Below, one piece after another: positions 40,974 through 49,312 of a stretch of 64,000 nt of DNA. Source of the stretch: a virus (taxonomy: Duplodnaviria; Caudoviricetes). Under the pieces are notes generated by a model. It did no database searches, had not been told where the DNA came from, and worked only from the letters and a program-made list of their open reading frames with translations. The stretch covers positions 224,001 through 288,000 of IMG/VR virus record IMGVR_UViG_3300032280_000442; one strand, given 5' to 3'. Positions within the stretch are counted from its first letter, which is position 1. Each line of letters begins with the position of its first letter. A program made the position numbers and the translations under genes.

Positions 40974-42200
40974 TTAAAACATATCTTCAAGATTATTTAA
41001 ATGTTTTTTAACGATATCTAAGTCACCAATATCGGTGTAGGTAAATCCTTTACTCTTTAAGGTCTGAACCTCCCTATGTAAGTGTAACATCATCTGTCTA
41101 ATCATATTTGACATTGTAGGGTACGATTCAATCATTTTATCCAAATGATAAGATTCTGTAGGTAATTTTAATACATTCCCAATTTTCTTAACCCAATCCT
41201 TACCATAATTGTCAGCATCCATTTCCATATCCCAATAGATTTTAAAGAACTCTTCAAAATCCTCAATATCCCCCATATAAGAATCCTTCATATCAAAATC
41301 ACTCATTTGTTGTTCGTGTTTTAATTCGTGAAATAATATGTAAACAAACGATGCGAAATTAGGTAACATCTCAGGTGAACATAATATAATCATATTACTT
41401 GTTCTCACCCCTTTAAATCCGGTACTACAAGAGTTTAACACCTTTATTGTATATCCTCTATCCTGAATGAAATCTTTTATCTTTTCAGATATTAAATTAT
41501 ATTCCTTCATTTTATCCTCAGGAATATTTTTTCTAAATTTATCAATAACCCTGTCGTAATTAGAACCTGTTTTTAGACCATTTGGGACAATATCTCCTAA
41601 AACGGTACCTTCGGTTACCTCAACCCATTCTTTGACCGTATTAACGTCGTGTGTGTCTATATTATAACTTCCATTAACACCTTTCTCCCACATTCCAACA
41701 ACTCTATCCACATTATTTTTTAAATTCTTACTTTTACTTTTTTTATTAATTTTATGTGAAGATTGATTTATAAAAGGAAATAACTCAGACTTTCTCCATT
41801 TTTTTAACCCCAACTCTATTGGACCATTATATTCACCAGCACTATTAGCCGTTGTGTTTTCTTTTATTGGTACAACTTTTTTATTTTTACCCGGTGTTGG
41901 ATTAATACCACTACCGTCCTCATCACTATTAGTCGATTCAGGATGTTTGGTCATATAATTAGTAATTTTCCTAGCTTTACCCTCTATTTTTTTAATCTCT
42001 TTTTTTGTCTCATCCATAGAACCGTCATAACTATCAAACTCCAATTCCGGACTATCATATTTAGATACAGGAATTGTAAAAGGACCCATCTCAGTTTTTT
42101 TAAATTTACGAACACCAAGTTGCATAGGACCCACATAAGAACCTTTACTTCCACTATCACTAGTCGCCTCTTTAATCTGTATTTTGTTATTTTTGTTCAT
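40974..42200 (-). CDS. Probable head protein with a duplicated N-terminal motif and a C-terminal HExxH metallopeptidase-like domain
   Basis: FHELKH...EMDAD; two IKE.T....G.Y.GP..LG..K repeats; TATAAATA at 42206-42213 upstream. Confidence 0.7.
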   Translation of the reverse strand: MNKNNKIQIKEATSDSGSKGSYVGPMQLGVRKFKKTEMGPFTIPVSKYDSPELEFDSYDGSMDETKKEIKKIEGKARKITNYMTKHPESTNSDEDGSGINPTPGKNKKVVPIKENTTANSAGEYNGPIELGLKKWRKSELFPFINQSSHKINKKSKSKNLKNNVDRVVGMWEKGVNGSYNIDTHDVNTVKEWVEVTEGTVLGDIVPNGLKTGSNYDRVIDKFRKNIPEDKMKEYNLISEKIKDFIQDRGYTIKVLNSCSTGFKGVRTSNMIILCSPEMLPNFASFVYILFHELKHEQQMSDFDMKDSYMGDIEDFEEFFKIYWDMEMDADNYGKDWVKKIGNVLKLPTESYHLDKMIESYPTMSNMIRQMMLHLHREVQTLKSKGFTYTDIGDLDIVKKHLNNLEDMF

Positions 42201-42228
42201 ATACTTATAAATATACTAAAATTTAATT

Positions 42229-42453
42229 ATGGAACAACAACCTGAACTATTTGGAAAGTTATTTGAATCAATACCAATCCAATCCGAAGAACATTTAGAA
42301 GTTATCCTTGAAACTATGGATAAAGACCACGCAATCTATTATCTAACACAAGCAGTAAAATACGCATATCAATCCGGAATATACTCCATAGGCGAATGCG
42401 AAGTTATCTCAAAATCAATTAGAGTTACCAATAAAAAAGAAAAAGAGGACTAA
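42229..42453 (+). CDS. Hypothetical protein
   Basis: 74-aa ORF ending at a GAGGAC/GTCCTC hairpin. Confidence 0.7.
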   Translation: MEQQPELFGKLFESIPIQSEEHLEVILETMDKDHAIYYLTQAVKYAYQSGIYSIGECEVISKSIRVTNKKEKED

Positions 42454-42462
42454 TTGTCCTCT
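42441..42462. terminator. Hairpin terminator between convergent genes
   Basis: AAAAGAGGAC-TAATT-GTCCTCT. Confidence 0.6.
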
Positions 42463-43139
42463 AATATTTTATTCGACTTACGAATATTCTCCTCTCCCCA
42501 CATCGGTTGGAGGTTATCCAAACACCAACATTTCATAAATTCCTCGTCACCAATTTCTTTGATATTAAAAGAAGATATAGGTAGTTTATGGTCTACGTGA
42601 AACTCACCGTAATTATCCCACGTCATTCCTTCCGTAAATTGGTTTTCTAAATGAACAATCAATTCTTCCGGAGTATATCCTAAAATATCAAAGTAATGTC
42701 CGTTCTTCTCCACATTACTCTCCTTTAAAACCTGATATATCGCAGTTCTGAAATTGGAGATTAGTTTATAGAGGGGGTCAGACGCTTTACGATTTCTTTC
42801 GTAGTCACGTTTAGTTTTTCGTAATTTATCACGATTCTCTTCTCTCCATTTTTTTTGATATTCTTTTAAATGTTCTTTTTTATTTTCCCTCCATTCAGAA
42901 TAGTATTCTGATATTTTTTCTTTATTAGATTCGTAATATTTCTTATCAGCAATTTTTTTTCCTCCAAAATATCTTCTACCCGGAGTATCCATTTTAACAT
43001 CATTTTCTTTTAACACACGATTAATTGTTTTTTCAGAAACTAAATACTTTTCACCAATTTGTCTAGTACCCCAAATATCGTTAACATATAGAGATATCAT
43101 ATCCTTTATTTGTTCATCATTAAATATAATTTTTCTCAT
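42450..43139 (-). CDS. Free-standing HNH homing endonuclease
   Basis: N-terminal HTH-like segment, basic YxxW repeats, MTWDNYGEFHVDHKLP...NLQPMW..ENIRKSN. Confidence 0.85.
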   Translation of the reverse strand: MRKIIFNDEQIKDMISLYVNDIWGTRQIGEKYLVSEKTINRVLKENDVKMDTPGRRYFGGKKIADKKYYESNKEKISEYYSEWRENKKEHLKEYQKKWREENRDKLRKTKRDYERNRKASDPLYKLISNFRTAIYQVLKESNVEKNGHYFDILGYTPEELIVHLENQFTEGMTWDNYGEFHVDHKLPISSFNIKEIGDEEFMKCWCLDNLQPMWGEENIRKSNKILEDN

Positions 43140-43182
43140 ACTATAAATACTCTCATTTTATCTATTGTTTACAAATATACAT

Positions 43183-43210
43183 AAAAAAAAGGGACATATA
43201 GTCCCTTTTT
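43183..43210 (-). terminator. Intrinsic terminator after the major capsid gene
   Basis: A8-GGGAC-ATATA-GTCCC-T5. Confidence 0.8.
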
Positions 43211-43232
43211 GTTAAATATTTTAAGATTTTGA

Positions 43233-45056
43233 TTATCTCAATTCTCTTAAATCGAATGTTCTAACACCATCTACAGTAATTCTGCCATAGAAGCGATTAT
43301 TTACCATTTTTTTCGCGTATCTCGTCATTATACCTTTGATAGGTGTAAAGTTGAACGGATTGTACATTGTAGGTGTTAATTGTAATGGTACATACGGTGC
43401 GTAGATGTAACCTGTGTCTAACAATGATGTTCCTTTGTGTCCTACTAACACTGTGTTAGCTGGGAAGTAAGGGTCACGGTAAACTTGGTAACGACCTGCT
43501 AATGTACCAACTCTTTCAATACCCATATTGTATTGGTCTTGCTCCGGAGACGCGTTAGATACGTGGAAGTACTCTAAATCGTCAAAGATAGCAGAGATTT
43601 CAGAAGAAACCACAATCCAGTTAGCACCACCTCTTAAAGTAGATTTGTGGATTTGAGCTGATAATTGGTTAATCGCTGTGATTAACGTTTGGTTCCAGTC
43701 TTTTTGAGTGTAGTTTGTAGTTGCAGAAATTCTTCTCCATCCATTGTAATCCCATCTTAAAGTCCAAGCTGCACCTTTACGTAAATCTCTTAAGATTTCA
43801 CGGTCGATTTCAGCCGCAACTTGTTCAGATAATAAAGCTGTTAATTCAGCTTCAGCATCGATGTTGTGGAAAGCCGCAACGTCTTGAGCTAACTCAGGAG
43901 ACCATTGTGCTCTTAATTTTCTTTCAGTAACAGAAACTGTAACAGAATCTAAGTCGAAAGAAACCTCACCGATTTTATCTTCAAATTCTAATTCTTCGTA
44001 ACGTCTGAAAGCCGCTCTAATGTTAGTTGTTACCGCAGTACCACTCCAGTTAGCAGCTGTTAACGTTGCTCCTGAATATCCATCAGGTGTAGATTGACCA
44101 CAAGATACACATACTGGTACTTGAGTATCAACTTCTAAATAGATAATACCTTGTGCAGAACAAATGTCTTTGAAAGAACCACCGTTACCGTTAGTCGGCC
44201 AAGCAGTAGTTGTTGTAGTACCGTACTGAACAATACCTTGACCATATTTCTGAGTAACAACTCTAAATAATAATGGTGTGAATGTTGAAGTACCTAATTG
44301 AGTTGCTGCAGTAGCGTCAGAAGTATATAATTTAAGACCTGATAAAAATTCTTCAGTATCCATTTCTTGACCATTAGGTCCGATTAATTTACCATCACCT
44401 GTAGATGAGAAACCTGACATTGCAACTAAGATTTTTCTGTTTTCACCACTGTAAGATGCAGGTACTAACGCTCCGTTAGACCATTGTACAGTAGCACAAG
44501 TAGCTGTAATTGCTGACCATCTACCTTTTGAATAATCAAATAATCCTTCAGGGTCTAAACCTGGTTCAGTTCCTTCATAGAATAAATCATAAAGGTTTTT
44601 TTGGTAAGCTCCTGTAGAATCACCATAACCTTGTCCTGCTAATCCAGCTCCACCATAGTTACCCGGAGAACCGATTGGTGCGTAGTGTTCACCTGATTGA
44701 CTTTGAGTTCCACCTGTATATCCTTGAATTTTTGGTACAAAGAAGAATAATTTACCGATTGGTAAATTCATTGCTTGTACAGATACGATTTCATTCGCTA
44801 ATAATTTAGAGAATACTCTTCTTACGATAGGGAAAACAACAGTTTCGAATGCTCCGTTAGAACCTTCACCTGTAGCTTCGTTTATCAAGAAAGACGCTTG
44901 GTTCTCATATAACTGAGCTACGTTTTCTCTCATATGTCCTTTAAGACCTTCTAGGAATCCTAATTTATCCCATTTGTTGATTGTGTCTTCTTTAATAACT
45001 TTCAAGTGTTTTAACCCGATGTTACCAACTAGACCTGATTCTAATAATGCTCCCAT
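43233..45056 (-). CDS. gp23: Major capsid protein (T4 gp23-like)
   Basis: VSVQAMNLPIG.LF, RKLRAQWSPELAQD...H.IDAEAELT.LLSEQVAAEIDREI and GYIYAPYVPL...FTPIKGIMTRY. Confidence 0.96.
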   Translation of the reverse strand: MGALLESGLVGNIGLKHLKVIKEDTINKWDKLGFLEGLKGHMRENVAQLYENQASFLINEATGEGSNGAFETVVFPIVRRVFSKLLANEIVSVQAMNLPIGKLFFFVPKIQGYTGGTQSQSGEHYAPIGSPGNYGGAGLAGQGYGDSTGAYQKNLYDLFYEGTEPGLDPEGLFDYSKGRWSAITATCATVQWSNGALVPASYSGENRKILVAMSGFSSTGDGKLIGPNGQEMDTEEFLSGLKLYTSDATAATQLGTSTFTPLLFRVVTQKYGQGIVQYGTTTTTAWPTNGNGGSFKDICSAQGIIYLEVDTQVPVCVSCGQSTPDGYSGATLTAANWSGTAVTTNIRAAFRRYEELEFEDKIGEVSFDLDSVTVSVTERKLRAQWSPELAQDVAAFHNIDAEAELTALLSEQVAAEIDREILRDLRKGAAWTLRWDYNGWRRISATTNYTQKDWNQTLITAINQLSAQIHKSTLRGGANWIVVSSEISAIFDDLEYFHVSNASPEQDQYNMGIERVGTLAGRYQVYRDPYFPANTVLVGHKGTSLLDTGYIYAPYVPLQLTPTMYNPFNFTPIKGIMTRYAKKMVNNRFYGRITVDGVRTFDLRELR

Positions 45057-45087
45057 TTTTTTGGTTTTTATTAATTTTAATTTATTT

Positions 45088-46674
45088 TTATTTTATTTTT
45101 GTCATTAAATCTTTCATTCTCAAGAACTGTGGATTCTCATATGTTTTAGACTCAATTAAGTTAACTGCTCCTGTAGAAGGTGATTTTGCAATTGTTCTTT
45201 CGATTGACTCGTTCATAGATTGAGATTTAGTTCCTGCTGATAATTCATTTTTAACAACTTGATATAAATTTTTAGATTCTTTAATAGTTTCAACACCATC
45301 AAATCTTCTTAAAATGTTAATTTTTTCTTGTTTTGATGTTGAGTGTTCAGTGAACAAACGTGTAGCGTAAGCTAAGTTTGAGTTGAATACCGCAACCTCG
45401 TTTAATTTACTTCTAAAAACATTAAGTGCTTTTCTGTACTCTTCATTCTTCTCTCTAAGAATTTGTAATTCTTTGTTTGAAGCATTTTCTTTAATAGCTG
45501 TATTAAAACTTGAGTGAGCTCTTGGTTTTGGTAAACCACCTTTTCTGAAATTAGACCCTGCACCTAAAGTACGAACCGCCTCTTTTGTTTCAGATTTTTT
45601 TACAAAAGGTTTTTCCATTCCTTCTTTTGACTCAACTTTTTTAACCATTTTGTTTTTACCAAGCTTACTTCCGGCATTTTCACCTTCTTTGTACTCGAAT
45701 TTTGCTTTACCTGTTCCCATAGTTCTTGGACCTTGTTTCATTTTTGTGTTGAAACCTCCTCCTTTTGAATCATAAGAGAATTTTGGTTTTCCCATTCCAA
45801 TACCTTTACGTGTCATTGACATTTTTTTAGATTCCATAACTCGGTCTTCCTCTTGTTCTTCCATATCAATATATCCTTCAGAATCATCCTCATCCATTTC
45901 GATTTCATACATAAGTTCTTCGTCTAAATCAAAATCAACATCATCAGCATCAATTTCGTCACCATCTTCGCTGTCAGAAAACATTCTGTCAACGATATCT
46001 TCGATAGTTTCTCCATTCATACCCATATCGTCTTCGTCTAATTCAAAATCTTTGTAGTGTCCGTCAACATCTCCAATTTTATGACCATCACGTCTTTTAA
46101 AATCGTGTTCGTTTCCTCCCCACATTTCATCGACTTCTTCAGACCACTCTTCGTAGGTTTCTTCTTCACCTTCACCAACAATCATATACTCTTTACCGGT
46201 TTCCTCATCTTTTAAGTGAGTGTTTCCTTTGTCGTCTTTTGTAACAACAATGTTATCATCCGGTCCCATAAGTTGAAATACTCTAAGTACTTCTTCATCG
46301 TCAGCGTCAGTTAAGTCGATAGTATCTTCTTCGTCGTCCATATCTTCTTCGTCATCGAAGTCCATATCTTCTTCTTCGTCGTCACCATCATCCTCTGTGT
46401 CGTCCATATCATCAGTATCCATTTCATCACCTTCTTCATCTGAATCATCGCCCATATCCATATCGGCAATATCATCAGAACCCATAGGGTCTTCCATTTC
46501 AACGTCATCGATTTCAATCTCATCATCTTGTTCAGATAAAGATTCTTTTACTAGGTCTTTGATTTCTTGTTTCATTGTAGAAGCAAGTATTCCTTTTGCA
46601 TTTTCAGCTACCGCCTCTTCCAAATTTTTCATTTGGATGATAGCCTCTTCAACTAAAGATTTTTCTTTTGCCAT
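45088..46674 (-). CDS. gp22: Prohead core scaffold protein (gp22-like)
   Basis: Highly acidic low-complexity protein between the protease and capsid genes; C-terminal LNEVAVFNSNLAY...RMKDL. Confidence 0.75.
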   Translation of the reverse strand: MAKEKSLVEEAIIQMKNLEEAVAENAKGILASTMKQEIKDLVKESLSEQDDEIEIDDVEMEDPMGSDDIADMDMGDDSDEEGDEMDTDDMDDTEDDGDDEEEDMDFDDEEDMDDEEDTIDLTDADDEEVLRVFQLMGPDDNIVVTKDDKGNTHLKDEETGKEYMIVGEGEEETYEEWSEEVDEMWGGNEHDFKRRDGHKIGDVDGHYKDFELDEDDMGMNGETIEDIVDRMFSDSEDGDEIDADDVDFDLDEELMYEIEMDEDDSEGYIDMEEQEEDRVMESKKMSMTRKGIGMGKPKFSYDSKGGGFNTKMKQGPRTMGTGKAKFEYKEGENAGSKLGKNKMVKKVESKEGMEKPFVKKSETKEAVRTLGAGSNFRKGGLPKPRAHSSFNTAIKENASNKELQILREKNEEYRKALNVFRSKLNEVAVFNSNLAYATRLFTEHSTSKQEKINILRRFDGVETIKESKNLYQVVKNELSAGTKSQSMNESIERTIAKSPSTGAVNLIESKTYENPQFLRMKDLMTKIK

Positions 46675-46696
46675 TGTTTTTATATAGTTTTTAATA

Positions 46697-46704
46697 TATA
46701 AATA
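46697..46704 (-). promoter_or_regulatory. Putative late-promoter motif for the scaffold/capsid operon
   Basis: TATTTATA on the minus strand, 22 nt upstream of ATG 46674. Confidence 0.6.
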
Positions 46705-46792
46705 TCTCCCAATATGAAAAAAGTTTAAATTAAACTCAAATCACATCAGGTATTTTATACTTTAATAAATATCATCATAAAATAAAAAGCAT

Positions 46793-46820
46793 AAAAAAAG
46801 AGGACATATAGTCCTCTTTT
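46793..46820 (-). terminator. Intrinsic terminator
   Basis: A7-GAGGAC-ATATA-GTCCTC-T4; near-identical to 43183-43210. Confidence 0.78.
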
Positions 46821-46841
46821 GTTTAATAATTAAAATTTTAA

Positions 46842-47051
46842 TTACTCAATTACTTCGTCAATTTTACTCTCAACAATTGCAGTAATTCTCCACTCCATTG
46901 TGTAATGTTCGAAAACTTTAGTAACTTTAGCCTCTACGTCAGTAGGGTTATAACCACTAACTAATTTTTCTTCTCTTAATTTTTTAATCTTTCCTGACGC
47001 CTCATCAACTGAGTCTAAGGTAACTTTTGCGATAAAATACTTTTCTTCCAT
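46842..47051 (-). CDS. DUF4494-like small protein
   Basis: YFIAKV....SGKIKKLREEKLV....TDVEAKV resembles the Bacteroidota DUF4494 N-terminal unit. Confidence 0.55.
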   Translation of the reverse strand: MEEKYFIAKVTLDSVDEASGKIKKLREEKLVSGYNPTDVEAKVTKVFEHYTMEWRITAIVESKIDEVIE

Positions 47052-47065
47052 TTTTTGTTATTAAT

Positions 47066-47791
47066 TTAGTATCCCAAATAATCGTTTAATTTTTTCATTA
47101 AGTCAAGCGATTTGTTTCCGGAATCTCCAACGTGTCTTTCAACACTCATTTTTTTCTCTTCTTCTAAGTTCTCATCGTATAGATGTTTGTCGTCTTTATT
47201 TAAGAATAGATACGCTCCCGGAGTTGAAGGTGACGATACTAAGTCAAAACAGATTAATTCAAAATCATCCTGTACTTCATTTTGTTCCCCAATTTTTTTA
47301 AGGGACCCTACACCTCTTGAAGATATCCCTAACGTAACTCCTTGTCTAAGGTAGTTTGCTGCTAAGTCACCTTTGGTGGAACAAATTCCACTTTCGTGGT
47401 ATCCCGGAGAAGTAAGTAATTTTATCTTACCCATTAGGACATTTCCTTCCCACCATACTTCGGTGATTGAGTGAGACACTCTATCTAAATCGATAAGAGA
47501 TGATTCCGGGTGATTTAACTCAGATAGAGCAGTTCCCTTTTGAATCATTTTTTTATAATTCTCAGCCTCTCTTTTTAATATTTTTTCAGGATATGTTCTA
47601 CCATTTCTATTTGGTGTATTATATTTTTGTAATACAGCATAAAATTCGATTGGTTTAGAGTGGTCTAGTATTCCATTAGATTCTCGTAGGATTTCAACAT
47701 TACGTGATTCTGTTGGGTTAATATACCCTGCGTCATACTCAACTAATATACCTTTTCCTGATTCGCTTGGTTGTAATATTCTTAAATTCAT
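47066..47791 (-). CDS. gp21: Prohead core protease (T4 gp21-like)
   Basis: NRNGRTYP, ELNHP, VSH, GISSRGVGS and DLVSSPSTPGA motifs. Confidence 0.93.
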   Translation of the reverse strand: MNLRILQPSESGKGILVEYDAGYINPTESRNVEILRESNGILDHSKPIEFYAVLQKYNTPNRNGRTYPEKILKREAENYKKMIQKGTALSELNHPESSLIDLDRVSHSITEVWWEGNVLMGKIKLLTSPGYHESGICSTKGDLAANYLRQGVTLGISSRGVGSLKKIGEQNEVQDDFELICFDLVSSPSTPGAYLFLNKDDKHLYDENLEEEKKMSVERHVGDSGNKSLDLMKKLNDYLGY

Positions 47792-47806
47792 TTTGAATGT
47801 TTTATT

Positions 47807-47814
47807 TATAAATA
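47807..47814 (-). promoter_or_regulatory. Putative late-promoter motif
   Basis: TATTTATA on the minus strand, 15 nt upstream of ATG 47791. Confidence 0.6.
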
Positions 47815-48285
47815 TTAAACATTCTCGGTTTGTAACGATTCTTCTATTAATTTGCTCTTTTTGGTTAGATAAAAATTGAAATTTTCATTGTTTAAAAAAT
47901 TATCTTTAAAAATTTGTTGTGTTATTTGTTGTAGTGATTCTTTGATTTCATTTCCTTTAAAATCCAAATCTTCTTGGATTATGTAAAAATTTATTTCAAG
48001 ATTCATAAATGATTTTTTATGTATGTTTAGTCCGCTGGACCTTAAATCTAAATCTACTATAAATTTTTCATCAAAAATTTTTTTGTTTATTGACTCGTAA
48101 ATTGAGTGTTTGATACTTCTACTTAGGTTAAGGACTGTCCTTGTCCAATTATCACATTCATAAATTGGTTCGACCCAAGTTTGTATGTTTAAGTAGAGAG
48201 ATTTGAGAGTGATTGAGTCTACCGTTCCATATACAATTTTAGCTGTTTTGAATCCGTGTAGTAGAGAAGTTTTTCCCTTTTTCAT
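47815..48285 (-). CDS. Hypothetical protein
   Basis: 156-aa ORF in the head module. Confidence 0.75.
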   Translation of the reverse strand: MKKGKTSLLHGFKTAKIVYGTVDSITLKSLYLNIQTWVEPIYECDNWTRTVLNLSRSIKHSIYESINKKIFDEKFIVDLDLRSSGLNIHKKSFMNLEINFYIIQEDLDFKGNEIKESLQQITQQIFKDNFLNNENFNFYLTKKSKLIEESLQTENV

Positions 48286-48370
48286 TAAATTTCATATTTT
48301 CCCGTTTATTTTTTAAAATAATAGGTGTTTTTATATGTAATGTCAAAACTTTTTTGTAAGAGGGATATAT

Positions 48371-48574
48371 ATGTATTATATGATAATAGTAAAACTAAAT
48401 AACAACGTAACGATTGAAAAGGCTTTAAAACTTTATAAAAGTAAAGTTATTAAGACTCGTCAAAGTGGGGAACTTTTTAAAAGAAAGGAATTTGTTAAGA
48501 AATCTGTTATTAAGAGAAATGAACTTTCTAAGGCTAAGTATGTCCAAAAAAAGTTCAATTCTGATAATGATTAA
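48371..48574 (+). CDS. rpsU: Ribosomal protein bS21 (phage-encoded); alternative start at 48380
   Basis: MIIVKL....IEKALK.YK.KV.KT....EL..RKEFVKKSV.KR....KAKYVQ matches the Bacteroidota-type bS21 pattern; antisense to the head module. Confidence 0.85.
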   Translation: MYYMIIVKLNNNVTIEKALKLYKSKVIKTRQSGELFKRKEFVKKSVIKRNELSKAKYVQKKFNSDND

Positions 48575-49290
48575 AGATTCTCTTTAAGATTCTTAAGTTT
48601 GAAATACGTAAGCTTATCGTATTTTTCAGAAATTACTTTTGATATAGTTTCATCAATTCTTGTTTGCATTGAATTATCAGTGCTAGCATTTTTCATTTCT
48701 GTTAATTTTGTAACCACACCTTCTTTAAGTGTGTTATATTTTTCATTCAATGTTGAATCATCTTCTGACAATAAAGAGATTAATTCTTTTTTATCTGATT
48801 CGTTTAATCCATCGATGTAACTTTTAATAGTTTTGTTTGCAACACTTACCATTGTAGATAACGGTAAGTCAATTCCTTCAGTTTTTGTGATTGGTAATTT
48901 TTTAAGAGATTCCGCAATAACTTTTCTACTTTTGATTTTTGATTCAATAGTTAAAACATCACTAGAGAATAATGTATCGATATCTGTATAGTTATTTTCT
49001 ACTTTTTTATTTCCTATCCAAGCATTTAATTGATTAACATCTGATTGTTTTAATTTATTTACGGTATTCTCGTAAATTTTAATACATTCATTGATGTAAT
49101 CATTACAATAAGATTCGCTTAAAGATTTTGGAGAACTTAGTTCATCGTATAAATAAAACAATTTACTAATGTTTTTATTTTCTATAACAAGTTTCTTAAA
49201 TGTTTTTAATTCGTTTTTGAATGTGTCGTTAGCATATGATTCTAACAATACATTTTCTATCTTTGTTTTTAATAAACCAAAATTTTTCAT
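48571..49290 (-). CDS. Hypothetical head-module protein
   Basis: 239 aa downstream of the portal gene; TATTTATA at 49304-49311 upstream. Confidence 0.75.
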   Translation of the reverse strand: MKNFGLLKTKIENVLLESYANDTFKNELKTFKKLVIENKNISKLFYLYDELSSPKSLSESYCNDYINECIKIYENTVNKLKQSDVNQLNAWIGNKKVENNYTDIDTLFSSDVLTIESKIKSRKVIAESLKKLPITKTEGIDLPLSTMVSVANKTIKSYIDGLNESDKKELISLLSEDDSTLNEKYNTLKEGVVTKLTEMKNASTDNSMQTRIDETISKVISEKYDKLTYFKLKNLKENL

Positions 49291-49312
49291 ATCTAATTTT
49301 TATTATAAATAT

